From a virus (lineage: Duplodnaviria > Caudoviricetes): a stretch of DNA of 64,000 nt. The notes below the pieces were generated by a model. That model did not search any database and was not told the DNA's origin. It worked only from the letters and a program-made list of their open reading frames with translations. Made by a program: the position numbers and the translations under genes. The stretch lies in the IMG/VR virus record IMGVR_UViG_3300015607_004925, positions 120,916 through 184,915 of that record. The stretch is one strand, 5' to 3'. This document shows positions 9,812-19,538 of this stretch, in pieces (position 1 is the first letter of the stretch; the number at the start of each line of letters is the position of its first letter).

Positions 9812-10051
9812 ATGGCGGACAAACCCTGCAACACCTGCAAGAACTACGACGCGATCACCGTGCGCGACGGCAAGGACATCGGCCGCCACGGCCGCTGCGC
9901 CGCCAAGTCCATCTACCCCGCGGTCGAACAGCAACACCAGAAGTTCCCGCCGGGCGTCAAGCGCGCCGCGCCGGGCCAGCTGGCCAAGGCCGAGATCGTC
10001 GTCGGCGAGAACACCGTCCCCGCGTGCACCCTCTACCGGAGCAAGAAGTGA
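9812..10051 (+). CDS. Hypothetical Cys-containing protein
   Basis: GAGGAG RBS; PCNTCKNY...GRC...PAC. Confidence 0.65.
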   Translation: MADKPCNTCKNYDAITVRDGKDIGRHGRCAAKSIYPAVEQQHQKFPPGVKRAAPGQLAKAEIVVGENTVPACTLYRSKK

Positions 10052-10341
10052 TGGCGGACCAGGTCACGCGTTCGGAGGACTCGCTGAAAAAGGTCAAGGA
10101 GGCGCTCGACGGCGTCAGGCCGACGTCGCGTCTGCTCGAGGCCGCGGAGACCGTCGAGCCGGCGATGAAGGCGCTCACGGTGATGTTCACCGAGCGAGGC
10201 CTCGACCCCGACCAGGTCGTCTTCGCGCTCGCCCTGCTCACCATCAACTTCCGGGAGCAGATGCCCGAACGCCACGGCGGCAAGGAGATGTTCGACCGTG
10301 TCGCGCACGAGGCGCACAAGTACTACCAAGCCAACAAGTAA
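10051..10341 (+). CDS. Hypothetical protein
   Basis: TGATG coupling, codon bias. Confidence 0.65.
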   Translation: MADQVTRSEDSLKKVKEALDGVRPTSRLLEAAETVEPAMKALTVMFTERGLDPDQVVFALALLTINFREQMPERHGGKEMFDRVAHEAHKYYQANK

Positions 10342-10663
10342 GCGGGCCAAGGCGTCGCGAGACGTTCGGCTCACCACCTGGCAGAGCGTCTGCGGTGTAC
10401 GCCACTACGCGCTCGCCAAGTACGAAGGTGACGCTCCCTTCCTCTGCGACGTGTTCCTGCCGTGCCGGGGCTACATCAGCGACGCCTTCGACACCACCGA
10501 CGACGCGAAGGTCGTCACGTGCGTGCCGTGCCTGTCGTCGCGCTTCAAGCACGTGTGCGCGGTGACGGACCTGTCAATGATCGTCCACCTCGACGAGCCG
10601 GACCTGATCGACCACTTCCTCGATCACGAGGCGCTCGCCGTAGGGTACGACCCGTGGCAGTGA
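10298..10663 (+). CDS. HC3-like finger family member 1 (start uncertain)
   Basis: CGVRH...LPC...VVTCVPC. Confidence 0.6.
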   Translation: MSRTRRTSTTKPTSKRAKASRDVRLTTWQSVCGVRHYALAKYEGDAPFLCDVFLPCRGYISDAFDTTDDAKVVTCVPCLSSRFKHVCAVTDLSMIVHLDEPDLIDHFLDHEALAVGYDPWQ

Positions 10664-10686
10664 CGGCGACATGTGTCACTACCTGT

Positions 10687-11472
10687 TTAGGGCGTTGGTG
10701 ACGCCGCCATGAGCGCGTCGAGGCCCTCGCACACGCGTTCGCGTAGCACCTCGAGCGTGCTGTCGTTGCGAACGATCCGTTGGAACTTCGTGTCGGGGAT
10801 CGTGTCCATCTCGTTCTCGGACGCGTGCGACGGGATGCCTTGTGCCTGGCGATCGGTGTCCGGGCGGCGGAGGCGCCACACCGAGCCACCGGCGGCCTGC
10901 ACGCCGTCCATCTCGGAGCGGAAGCGGCAGTCCGTGATCACGACGAGCTTGGCGCCGCAGCGCACGCTCTCGGGCGCGTGCGGGTAGGTCGTCGTCAGGT
11001 TGTACGTGGTGCCGTCGTCGAGCGCGATCGGCGTAACGTAGGCGTGTCCTGCGAGCACGGCCTCTGCGGTCTGCATCGCGAAGCGGACCCAGACGTTCGG
11101 GTCGATGCGGCGGCAGCCCTCGGTGCCCATGTGTTGCAGGATCATGCGCACGGTCCACCGACTCTCGAAGGCGCGGACGTCCGACCCCACCGCCGAACAC
11201 TTCTGGCAGACGACGCGCTTCACCTCGTCTTGGAAGCACTCGATCGAGCTGCACGCCGGGCACATCCAGCAGACGAAGTCCGTGACACGGTCCTTGCCCT
11301 TCTCCGTGAACACGTCGTTGTACGTGAGGCCGTAGAGGTCCATGCAGAGGAGCTTCAGCTTGTCGGCGAAGGCGACGGTCGCCACGCCGGCGTCGCCGAG
11401 CTGCGCGCGCGCCATCTGGCCAACGGTGTCCTTGCCGCTCTTCGAGCGGCCCATCAGTGCGAGTACGTTCAC
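10687..11472 (-). CDS. Deoxynucleoside monophosphate kinase (T4 gp1-like) with inserted zinc ribbon
   Basis: P-loop GRSKSGKDT, FADKLK, RMILQHMGTE, VITDCRFRSE, HASE; insert CPAC...CQKC. Confidence 0.85.
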   Translation of the reverse strand: MNVLALMGRSKSGKDTVGQMARAQLGDAGVATVAFADKLKLLCMDLYGLTYNDVFTEKGKDRVTDFVCWMCPACSSIECFQDEVKRVVCQKCSAVGSDVRAFESRWTVRMILQHMGTEGCRRIDPNVWVRFAMQTAEAVLAGHAYVTPIALDDGTTYNLTTTYPHAPESVRCGAKLVVITDCRFRSEMDGVQAAGGSVWRLRRPDTDRQAQGIPSHASENEMDTIPDTKFQRIVRNDSTLEVLRERVCEGLDALMAASPTP

Positions 11473-11876
11473 GAGGGCTCCTTGGGTTGGTAACGAATTC
11501 GCTCGGGCCAGAACGGTGCCATCGGCGCCTTCAGCAGAAAGTCGTCATCGTAGAGATCCACGTACTGACGCACCAGCGTCAGGTGGTCGAGCGCGACACC
11601 CCACCCGGGGTCATCCGTAGACCGCCAGAAGGCGTCGTACGCGGCGCGCCCGCACGCCGAACCGTGGAACACGACCACGCGGATCTGAGGGTTCGCGAGA
11701 AGATCTCGCACGACATCCTTGAGGAACATCGAGGAATCGCCGACCACCGCGACGGCGCGACTCGCCCAACGACGACGAAGCTCGGGTACCTCGACCTGGA
11801 GCGGGCACGCGACCACCAACGCCTGGGCACTAGGGTCCAGCAGCAAGTACTCGAGCCGGCTCACGGGCTGCCACAT
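11469..11876 (-). CDS. Stand-alone MtrA-like domain protein
   Basis: AVVG...KDVVRDLLANPQIRVVVFHG resembles the LLANPNIR motif of MtrA-like domains. Confidence 0.5.
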   Translation of the reverse strand: MWQPVSRLEYLLLDPSAQALVVACPLQVEVPELRRRWASRAVAVVGDSSMFLKDVVRDLLANPQIRVVVFHGSACGRAAYDAFWRSTDDPGWGVALDHLTLVRQYVDLYDDDFLLKAPMAPFWPERIRYQPKEPS

Positions 11877-11881
11877 TCAAC

Positions 11882-11896
11882 GTTTATCCCATAACC
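11882..11896. promoter_or_regulatory. Palindromic operator/promoter element
   Basis: GTTTAT CCC ATAACC in divergent gap 11876/11927. Confidence 0.65.
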
Positions 11897-11926
11897 CTTG
11901 ACCGAAGGAAAGACCGAGGAAAGCAC

Positions 11927-13357
11927 ATGGCCAAGATCCCGCTGACTATCGACAAGAACTACTGCGCCGGCTGGAACGTCTGGCACGGCATCCGCGAGCT
12001 GCTCCAGAACGCCAAGGACGCTGATGAGTATGACGGGCATCCGATGACGATCAACTACTACCCGAAAACGAACCGGCTGGAGATCGTGACGCACAACGTC
12101 CAGGTCAACCCAGCCGCGCTGCTGGTGTTGGGCAAGTCGAGCAAGGGTGATGGGCGCTACCGCGGCAAGTTCGGCGAGGGTTTCGTGCTCGGCGTGCTCG
12201 CGCTCGTGCGCAACGGGTACGACGTCAAGTTCCGCAACCACGAGACGTCCTGGACGGTGTCGTTCGAGGCGCCGGACCCCGGCCACCCCCTGGCGGGCAA
12301 TGAGCTGCTGACCTTCAGCTCGCGGCAGCTGCAGGCGCGCGAGCCGGACTTCCATCTCGAGATCCACAACCTGCCTGTCGAGGTGTGGAACGCCGTCAAG
12401 GAGCTGGCCCTCTTCGTGACGCCGCCCAAGGCCAGCGACGTGCTCAAGACGAAGACGGGCACGCTCCTACTCAACCCCAAGTACAAGGGGCGCGTGTTCG
12501 TGCGCGGGCTGTTCGTGCGCATGTTCGACGACCTGCAGTGCGGGTATGACCTGGAGCACGTCCAGCTCGACCGGGACCGTCAGATGATCGACGAGTGGCA
12601 GTTGCACTGGCAGCTGAGCGAGCTGTGGTCGACGGCAGCGACCCACGATCCGTCGCTCGCGGCGCGCGTCTACGAGATGGCCAAGGCGGGCTCGTCCGAG
12701 GTCAAGGTGCTCAAGCACCACGCCGACGCCAAGCTGCTCGAACGCATGAAGACGCAGTTCGAGCAGGAGCACGGCACAGACGCGACGCCGGTGTCGACGT
12801 CGACGGAGGCCAAGGAGGTCACGCGCATCGGCGGCAAGCCGGCGGTCGTATCGTCGATGCTCAAGGAGCTGCTCGAGCCGACCGGGGTGTCGATCGAGGC
12901 GGCGAAGAAGCGGTTGGAGGGCGCGGTGACCCGGCGTTGGGCGCCAACGGACCTGATGCAGGGTCCCGAGGCAAGCGTCGCGGCCTACCAGGCATCGTGC
13001 CGGCTCGAGACCATCATCCCGAACATGATCGTCGTGTCGTTCGCCGGCGAGTCCCCGGCGTGCCACCTCATCGACGACAAGAAGATCGTCGGCGTCGACC
13101 GGCGCATGCTCGACAAGCCGTTCAAGGAGCTGCTCAACGCCGCCCTGGTCGCGGAGGCCGAGCGGACCCAGAAGACCCCGATGGACCTGCTCCTCGAGCA
13201 CGTGTCGAGTCGCGGCGCGGCGGCACCGCCGGCGTCTGCCCCTGCCGTCAACGAGGACCCCCAAGCCGTCGCTATGATTGCGCACAACGCGGCGGATGTC
13301 TCCCGCGCGGAGGTGTCCATGTCCTATGCTTCCGCCGATGGCTCGCCGGCGGCGTGA
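11927..13357 (+). CDS. GHKL (HATPase_c, RIIA/MORC-like) ATPase-domain protein
   Basis: IRELLQNAKDA; LGKSSK...GKFGEGF; GAGGA RBS. Confidence 0.78.
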   Translation: MAKIPLTIDKNYCAGWNVWHGIRELLQNAKDADEYDGHPMTINYYPKTNRLEIVTHNVQVNPAALLVLGKSSKGDGRYRGKFGEGFVLGVLALVRNGYDVKFRNHETSWTVSFEAPDPGHPLAGNELLTFSSRQLQAREPDFHLEIHNLPVEVWNAVKELALFVTPPKASDVLKTKTGTLLLNPKYKGRVFVRGLFVRMFDDLQCGYDLEHVQLDRDRQMIDEWQLHWQLSELWSTAATHDPSLAARVYEMAKAGSSEVKVLKHHADAKLLERMKTQFEQEHGTDATPVSTSTEAKEVTRIGGKPAVVSSMLKELLEPTGVSIEAAKKRLEGAVTRRWAPTDLMQGPEASVAAYQASCRLETIIPNMIVVSFAGESPACHLIDDKKIVGVDRRMLDKPFKELLNAALVAEAERTQKTPMDLLLEHVSSRGAAAPPASAPAVNEDPQAVAMIAHNAADVSRAEVSMSYASADGSPAA

Positions 13358-13739
13358 ACCCGCGTGCCCGCGCTGCGGGAACGAGCAAGACCTGTTGCCG
13401 TGGATGAACGGGCAGACCTTCTGCGTCGAGTGCTTGCGGTGCCCCCACGGCCCGTACAGCACGCACATCTGTTTGGTGTGCGTGTGCGCGCTCTACGCGC
13501 GTGCGACGTTCCAGGGCTGGCGCATCGTCGATCTCGAGGTCTACGTGCGCGATGCGTGGCGGGACTACGGACTGCGGAGCATCGAGCTGTTGACGTGCAC
13601 GTTCTTCGAGACCGAGCAGATCCTCGAGAACGGTGAAGCTTGGCAGGCCAAGGAATCGACGTCCATCGAGGTCGTCGGGCGTGTCAGGCAACCGCCGCCG
13701 CACCACCGCAGCCTTACTGCTTGGGGTGAAAGTCGGTGA
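13338..13739 (+). CDS. Cys-rich hypothetical protein
   Basis: CPRC, CVEC, CLVC motifs. Confidence 0.5.
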   Translation: MARRRREPACPRCGNEQDLLPWMNGQTFCVECLRCPHGPYSTHICLVCVCALYARATFQGWRIVDLEVYVRDAWRDYGLRSIELLTCTFFETEQILENGEAWQAKESTSIEVVGRVRQPPPHHRSLTAWGESR

Positions 13740-14583
13740 ACAGGTTGGGCCACTGCTCGAAGCAGACCTTCTTCCACGTGCGGGCGAAGCGACACATCTC
13801 CATGTCGGCGGCCTCATCGTCGCGCTCGTGGAAGAACTTCGTGAGCGCCATGGCGTTCGTCGTCCAGATGAACGACGTGCCGCACGACATCAGCAGGTCG
13901 CCCGCCGTCGACTCGTAGATGCGCTTCTTGGCGAGGCCCGTGGGCTTCTCGCCGTGGATCTGGGCGTACACCCCGACCTTGCGCTCGATGGTGCGCACGT
14001 AGTCGAGGTAGTTCGCGTTGGCGCGATCGGAGAACAGCGCCAGCTCGTGCGCGTCCTCGAGGTAGTACGGATGCGCGACGTACGTCCCCGGGTGATGGGT
14101 GAACCGCGTCGACTCCTGCGACGGGATGCCCTCCTCGTCCTTGGCGTGGCCGACGTAGTTGCGGATCAGCTCGTGGCTGACGCGCCGGCTGACGTGCGCG
14201 ATGAAGAACGACATCTGCGCGTGGTAGCCCGTCGAGCGGTGCGGGATGCGCCCGTCCCACATCGAGTGCAGGTACTCGTTGTTCGTCCGACGCTTGCCGG
14301 CGTCGGCGAAGCTGTCGTAGCACTTGCGCCCGGCCAGCTCGGCCAGCAGCTCGTTGTCGGTGATCTTCGGACGTGCCACGCCGGTGAACGGGTCGACGTC
14401 CGTGCCGTCGTGCGGCACCAGGTCGAGCACGTTCTCGAAGCCTTGCTCGGGCACGCACTGCGGCCGGTACTGCTGCACCCACTTGGCCATCGCGAGGACG
14501 CCGTCGGGGATGAGCTGCATATGCGCCAGCGGCACCACGATGGGATCGTCGAGGATGATCGTCGCCTTAGGATTTTCCGTCAT
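13714..14583 (-). CDS. thyX: Flavin-dependent thymidylate synthase ThyX-like (divergent motif)
   Basis: ELAGRKCYDS, HRSTGYHAQMSF, VSRRVSHELIRNY...SQESTRF, ADMEM; start at MTENPK (14583). Confidence 0.75.
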   Translation of the reverse strand: MTENPKATIILDDPIVVPLAHMQLIPDGVLAMAKWVQQYRPQCVPEQGFENVLDLVPHDGTDVDPFTGVARPKITDNELLAELAGRKCYDSFADAGKRRTNNEYLHSMWDGRIPHRSTGYHAQMSFFIAHVSRRVSHELIRNYVGHAKDEEGIPSQESTRFTHHPGTYVAHPYYLEDAHELALFSDRANANYLDYVRTIERKVGVYAQIHGEKPTGLAKKRIYESTAGDLLMSCGTSFIWTTNAMALTKFFHERDDEAADMEMCRFARTWKKVCFEQWPNLFTDFHPKQ

Positions 14584-14598
14584 GTTTACGGTATAAGC
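14584..14598. promoter_or_regulatory. Palindromic operator/promoter element abutting thyX ATG
   Basis: GTTTAC GGT ATAAGC; minus strand reads GCTTATACCGTAAAC-ATG. Confidence 0.6.
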
Positions 14599-14614
14599 CT
14601 CAGAAAGGTAGCTC

Positions 14615-15211
14615 ATGTCAACGCCCGAACTCGAACAAGCGATCGCGGCCTCGCGCTGGCGTGGCGCAGAGGCGAACTTCACCGAGGCGATCAGCAAGAT
14701 GCTGGACGTGCCCCCTGCGGTGGTCGCCCGCGTGGTATTCGCGTGGGAGACCATGAAGGAGCAGCCGCTGACAAGGCCGATCGTGGGACAGATGGATATC
14801 CTGCGCGACAAGTTGCAGGATGGTGCGGGCCTGCCACCGGAGACACACCGGGCGATCGAGCACGCGGCAGTGTACGCCTTCCGCCGCATGGCCATCCGGT
14901 GGCGGATGGAGCGAGGCTTCTTCCTCGAGGTCCCGTTCAAGGCGCTCGTGCCAGCGAACAAGCCCGACCGCGTCTGTGACGGATGTCCGCTCCTGTTCGA
15001 GTGCGTACGTGACGCCCTGTCAACGCCCGAAAAGTGTCTGACCGGGGAGACCGTGTACGCCAAGGACCAGCCGGACCCGAAACGGACGCGCTTCTTCGCG
15101 CACCAGAACGCGTCGGTCAAGCCTGTCCGGCTCGTGGGCAACGTCGTCACCGTGACGGCCGACCACCCGCAGGGGGTTCACACGGTCAACGTGATGGACG
15201 TCCTCGTATGA
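14615..15211 (+). CDS. Hypothetical protein
   Basis: 198 aa, CDGC...C...C. Confidence 0.6.
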   Translation: MSTPELEQAIAASRWRGAEANFTEAISKMLDVPPAVVARVVFAWETMKEQPLTRPIVGQMDILRDKLQDGAGLPPETHRAIEHAAVYAFRRMAIRWRMERGFFLEVPFKALVPANKPDRVCDGCPLLFECVRDALSTPEKCLTGETVYAKDQPDPKRTRFFAHQNASVKPVRLVGNVVTVTADHPQGVHTVNVMDVLV

Positions 15212-15633
15212 AGGGGTATCGGCCGCTCGACGCCATCCACATGGACCCCGCAAGGATCCAGGCGGTGGACTGCGGCACGTGCCCGATCACGCTCGCTTGC
15301 GCGATCAACCAGGGCGGCAACGGAGCCACCTTCGCCTGCTGCCGCGCGGTCGGGTTCGACACGATCGATGACGACGGCAAGCCCTTGCTCTTGATCATCG
15401 ACTGCACGCGCCACCATCTCGAGCGCACCGAGGTCGATGACCTACACGTCTGTCCGTTGTGCGATGGCGGCATCATCACCGACGTGTTCCTCCGTCTCAC
15501 GGATCCTTGTGTATGGGTCCCCACGGTCTATGCCAAGGTATCGATCGAGACACGCCTGGATGTCTGGCGGCGCGCCCTCCCCGCGGCGCAGGGCTTCGTG
15601 CAGGCGATCGAAGCACGGAAGAAAGCGCCGTAA
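15208..15633 (+). CDS. Cys-rich hypothetical protein
   Basis: ATGA overlap; CGTC, CPLC. Confidence 0.6.
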   Translation: MKGYRPLDAIHMDPARIQAVDCGTCPITLACAINQGGNGATFACCRAVGFDTIDDDGKPLLLIIDCTRHHLERTEVDDLHVCPLCDGGIITDVFLRLTDPCVWVPTVYAKVSIETRLDVWRRALPAAQGFVQAIEARKKAP

Positions 15634-15670
15634 GCGGCTACACTTGGAGGGGCGTGGAGGCCCTCGAACC

Positions 15671-15922
15671 GTGACCTACCAAGAGCTGTACATCCAGGCG
15701 CTGGAGTTCCGCATCGACGCTGGCGGCAAGGCCGAGGATGTCGACGCGACCATCCGCGAGTACAACATGCCCACGCGTGAGGGGTTCGACGCGTGGCTAA
15801 AGACTGCGAAAAGGGTGCCGTGCGCGACGTGCGGCACCCATTTCCAACCAGACGGCCAGGCGCCGTCGCAGGAGATCTTGTGTCCGACGCACGCACCACG
15901 CCCACCAAGCGCCAAGACCTGA
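15671..15922 (+). CDS. Hypothetical protein with C-terminal zinc finger
   Basis: GGAGG RBS; CATC...CPTH. Confidence 0.55.
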   Translation: MTYQELYIQALEFRIDAGGKAEDVDATIREYNMPTREGFDAWLKTAKRVPCATCGTHFQPDGQAPSQEILCPTHAPRPPSAKT

Positions 15923-16067
15923 AGAGCAACGTCCTGCCGTTCCCCTCGCTGATGCACGCGGCGCCCGACCGGCGAGCACCTTCGGCGCTGCGGGGGCTCA
16001 TCGGCTTCGTCATCCTCGCCATCGCGGCAGGCTCGATCGGGCTGATCACCTGGTCGCTGGCGACGTG

Positions 16068-16820
16068 GTGAGCGGCCCCTCCATCAGGGTTCACGTCTCG
16101 ACACGCGAGGCGATCCGCGCGGGCAAGTCTCGCGTCGGACCACAGATCGTCGAGATCACCGAGGAAGGGCTCGCCAAGCTAGACGAGACACAGCGCCTCG
16201 AAGTCGCGGCCCTGCTCGAAGGCGAGCCCGACCTGGGGACGCTGCCTTCGGACCCGCCGATCATCGAACCCACGCTCGAGGCCGTGAAGGATGCACTCAC
16301 CGCCCGCGCCATCGCGCGCCGGACGGCCGAGGACGCGCGTCGCGTCGAGGACGCACGCGCCGGCGAGCTGGCGGCCGTCGCCGCACACGCGGCGAAGGCC
16401 CGGGACGTCCAGCGTGCCAAGGCCTTGCGCGACTGGGTCCACAAGCACGGCGACGACGAGCAGAAGGCACGGATGGCTGAGGGATTCCTCCCCGAGGAGG
16501 AGATCCTCGAAGCCATCACCGAAGAGGTCATCGACATCGCCCTACCGCCGTACGAGCTGTTGCGTCGCGGCGACGCGTGCGACTGCGCATGCGCGGGCCA
16601 CGTCAAGTTCGAGGAGCGCGGCCCGCAGTACATGGATTCCGCCCAGTACGGTCGGCTCACCGCCGCACGCGAGAGCGCGCCTGAGGGCGCCACCGTGACG
16701 GCCGTCGAACATCGGGCAGCTTGCCCGTCCTGCAAATGCGTCCCAATCGCGAGGGTCTCGGCACGCGTCACCGTTCCGTGGAACGGCTGGCTGCTGGTGC
16801 GGGACTACTCCATCGACTGA
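16068..16820 (+). CDS. Hypothetical protein
   Basis: Coiled coil plus CDCAC...CPSC. Confidence 0.65.
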   Translation: MSGPSIRVHVSTREAIRAGKSRVGPQIVEITEEGLAKLDETQRLEVAALLEGEPDLGTLPSDPPIIEPTLEAVKDALTARAIARRTAEDARRVEDARAGELAAVAAHAAKARDVQRAKALRDWVHKHGDDEQKARMAEGFLPEEEILEAITEEVIDIALPPYELLRRGDACDCACAGHVKFEERGPQYMDSAQYGRLTAARESAPEGATVTAVEHRAACPSCKCVPIARVSARVTVPWNGWLLVRDYSID

Positions 16821-16825
16821 GGTAG

Positions 16826-17317
16826 ATGCCCGCAAAATCATGGTGGACCGTCTTCGCGGTCTACGAAGAGAACGAAGAACCCTACATCGAGTTCGTCCAG
16901 GCGGACGACAAGAAGGAGGCGCGCGCGAAAGCCTTGCGCAAGGCCGACGGCGTCATCTTGGTTGCCGGCATCGCGCCGGGCAAGATCACCGACGCCAGTG
17001 TGGACGGCATGGACAACATCGTGCCGATCCGCGGCAAGGAGCACGCGATCGAGGTGACGCACGTGCACGTCACCAAGCGGCAGATCATCGTGCCTGGGCG
17101 TTGCCCGAAGTGCCGAGCAGATCTACGCAAGACGGCGGCGATCATCGAGACGTTGCTGGACACGCGGCACCGGCTCGCGCACTTGTCTGCGAACGGCAAG
17201 GACATCGTCGACGAGCGCGCACAAAGCAAACACTCCTGCGAGACCGCGTACGTGTTCACCAACCTCGAGTGCGCGGGCTGTGGGCACGCGGTCTGGGAAG
17301 GTCTGCATGTTGACTAG
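16826..17317 (+). CDS. Hypothetical zinc-ribbon protein
   Basis: CPKC...CAGC; GAGG RBS. Confidence 0.65.
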   Translation: MPAKSWWTVFAVYEENEEPYIEFVQADDKKEARAKALRKADGVILVAGIAPGKITDASVDGMDNIVPIRGKEHAIEVTHVHVTKRQIIVPGRCPKCRADLRKTAAIIETLLDTRHRLAHLSANGKDIVDERAQSKHSCETAYVFTNLECAGCGHAVWEGLHVD

Positions 17318-18089
17318 GTTCCAGGTGCTGCGTGACAACACCCCGCAGCTCGCCCCAGACGACATCCCCGCGCACTTGTTCATCTCGCGCAACGACAAGA
17401 CCGGCTGGTCCATCAACGTCGCGATCGCGCAAACCTGCCAGCCGACGAAGGCTTGCATGGAGTACTGCTACGGGCTCGGCGGCCGCATCGTCATGGACGC
17501 GGCCCTGCGTAAGCAGGCCGAGAACGCGCGGTTCTTCGACGCACGGCAGACGTGGGAGATTCGCAACGAGGCGGAGGATGTGGTCCACGCGGTGTCGCGG
17601 CACCAGGACTTCGTCCGCATGTTCGGCGTCGGCGACCTGCAACCCGGGTCCGTCGAATTCGTGGCGTGGATGGCACGGTACGCGCGTATCCGGCGCCCGG
17701 GCTTCCGTATCTGGCTGGCGACACGCAAGCTGGCGCTCGCCGAACAGCTCCCGACGTCGCCGAACCTGCACGTCATGATGTCGCTCGACGCGACGACGAC
17801 GCCGAAGAACGTCGAGAAGACGCGCGAGCTGGTCGGCCGCGGGCCGACGTGGTTCGCGGCATGGGCGCGGCGCTCGGCGGACGAGGCCATCCCGGACTTC
17901 GTCCGCGTCGTCTTCGAGGAGCACAAGTGGGGCGGCCGGCGCGCGAACCGCGAGCCCGAGCGGCGCGCGTGCCCCGCCACGGTGTTCAACGGCGCCGAGC
18001 ACGAAGGCGCGTGCTCGCGCTGCCGCTACTGCTTCGACACCACCAAGCGCAAGAGCGGCTCACCGCTCGTGCAGATCCGGACGAAGTGA
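17307..18089 (+). CDS. GP88-like phage protein (radical-SAM-like Cys cluster)
   Basis: TCQPTKACMEYCYG, VRMFGVGD, WLATRK, PNLHVMMSLD, CPA...CSRCRYC. Confidence 0.7.
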   Translation: MLTRFQVLRDNTPQLAPDDIPAHLFISRNDKTGWSINVAIAQTCQPTKACMEYCYGLGGRIVMDAALRKQAENARFFDARQTWEIRNEAEDVVHAVSRHQDFVRMFGVGDLQPGSVEFVAWMARYARIRRPGFRIWLATRKLALAEQLPTSPNLHVMMSLDATTTPKNVEKTRELVGRGPTWFAAWARRSADEAIPDFVRVVFEEHKWGGRRANREPERRACPATVFNGAEHEGACSRCRYCFDTTKRKSGSPLVQIRTK

Positions 18090-18265
18090 TGGAGAACCAT
18101 CCCCACACCAAAGGCGACGGCTCGTGGTGGGAGTACGACGCGCAGGGGATCGCCCTGTGCCGCGTCTGCGCCCAATGCCGCGCGGCGAAGCTCGCGCGGT
18201 ACCGGCCGGAGATCCTGACCGGCTACACCCAGGCCGACGTCGACGAACCCATCGAGGCGGAGTGA
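18089..18265 (+). CDS. Small hypothetical phage protein
   Basis: WEYDAQGIALCRVCAQC...YRPEIL; TGATG coupling. Confidence 0.6.
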   Translation: MENHPHTKGDGSWWEYDAQGIALCRVCAQCRAAKLARYRPEILTGYTQADVDEPIEAE

Positions 18266-18267
18266 CC

Positions 18268-18648
18268 ATGTCCAGGAAGAACAAGAAGGAGAAGGAGAAG
18301 GAGCAGGGCCTGCAAGCCATCACGGGCCTCTTCGCGTTCTGGCGCTACAGCGAGTACCCCTACGTGCTCGGCGCGCCCGTCACGAAGATGAACGACGCCG
18401 GCATGGTGTACGCGCCGGCCTACCGGGGCTGGTTCACGCCGATCAAGCTCATGCCCCTCAAGAAGGGCCAAGAGCTGCTCCACGCCCTCAGCGGCCAGCC
18501 GGACGGTCTCACGGCGCAGCGCCGCCGTGCCATGGTCGCGTTCGACGAGGAGTGGGACAAGACCGTGTTCACCCTCTTCCCTGACGCGGCCAATCCGAAC
18601 TACCCGCAACACCGAGAAATTCTCGAGAAGATGAAGAACGGCACGTGA
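18268..18648 (+). CDS. Hypothetical protein
   Basis: RBS GGAG, codon bias. Confidence 0.6.
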   Translation: MSRKNKKEKEKEQGLQAITGLFAFWRYSEYPYVLGAPVTKMNDAGMVYAPAYRGWFTPIKLMPLKKGQELLHALSGQPDGLTAQRRRAMVAFDEEWDKTVFTLFPDAANPNYPQHREILEKMKNGT

Positions 18649-18842
18649 TGCACTTCATCTCGAAGACTGCGGGAGGCATGTGCGCCTGCACCAACGACGG
18701 CAACATCTTCGCGCCCACCATCGAGCTGCGCTGCACGGCGTGCCGTGGCCCGCTCAAGGTCGAGGGCTCGAACCCGACGAACGTGATGATCGGCTGCACG
18801 GCGTGCGGCGTCGGCCATCACGTCGCGAACAAGGAGGCATGA
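18645..18842 (+). CDS. Small zinc-ribbon protein
   Basis: CTAC...CTAC. Confidence 0.6.
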   Translation: MMHFISKTAGGMCACTNDGNIFAPTIELRCTACRGPLKVEGSNPTNVMIGCTACGVGHHVANKEA

Positions 18843-19096
18843 TGCCGACCACCAAGGAAGACATCCGCGAGTGGCTCCAGCGCGGCAAGGAGCTGGGCGC
18901 CACGCACATGATCGTCGTGTGCGACACCTTCGACCACGAGGACTTCCCGGTGTACGTGCTGCCCGGGGAGGACGCGCGCAAGATCCACGACGAATACAAC
19001 GACGCAGGGCAGATGTCGCGCGTGATGGAGGTGTACTCGTACGCCCGCAACCTCGACGAGCAGCTCGCGGGGGGCCGTGTCTACAACTTCGACTAG
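18839..19096 (+). CDS. Hypothetical phage protein
   Basis: AAGGAGG RBS; GATHMIVVCDTFDHEDFPVYV. Confidence 0.7.
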   Translation: MMPTTKEDIREWLQRGKELGATHMIVVCDTFDHEDFPVYVLPGEDARKIHDEYNDAGQMSRVMEVYSYARNLDEQLAGGRVYNFD

Positions 19097-19124
19097 GGCG
19101 GCGCCGCGCCGGACGCGATGGAGT

Positions 19125-19538
19125 GTGATCAAGGGCGACCTCGCGCCGCCGTACGAGGTCAAGCACATGTTCGGCGTCGTCGACGGGCTCGTCCACGCGT
19201 TCGGGTACGTGCTGGGCGGCAACGCATGGGACTCGTGCTGTCGCATCCAGCTCGTAGGCATCACGTGCAGTGACGTCCAGGCACCGACCTGCGTGCACTG
19301 CGCGCTGTGCCAAGGTTGCCATGCGTGTCGCAAGGGGCACATCCGCCACGAGACGATGCGCCTCGGGAAGTGGGAGACCAAGGACGGGCGCAGGCTGTAC
19401 CCGTTCGAGATGGACCCCATCCACCTCATGAACGCGATCGCGAAGCTCCGCCGGGACAAGCACCACTTCAAGGACAACTACTTGGACTGGATCGACATCC
19501 TGGAGACGGAAGCCAGGTTGCGGCGACTGACCCCATGA
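19125..19538 (+). CDS. HC3-like finger family member 2 (with C-terminal domain)
   Basis: DGLVH...SCC...APTCVHC. Confidence 0.65.
   Translation: MIKGDLAPPYEVKHMFGVVDGLVHAFGYVLGGNAWDSCCRIQLVGITCSDVQAPTCVHCALCQGCHACRKGHIRHETMRLGKWETKDGRRLYPFEMDPIHLMNAIAKLRRDKHHFKDNYLDWIDILETEARLRRLTP

Noticed and set aside
13714-15150. 478-aa extended ThyX ORF, and extended starts for DinG (5451) and the chaperone (5560)
   Set aside because: Extensions overlap divergent genes and the palindromic sites; internal ATGs fit better.
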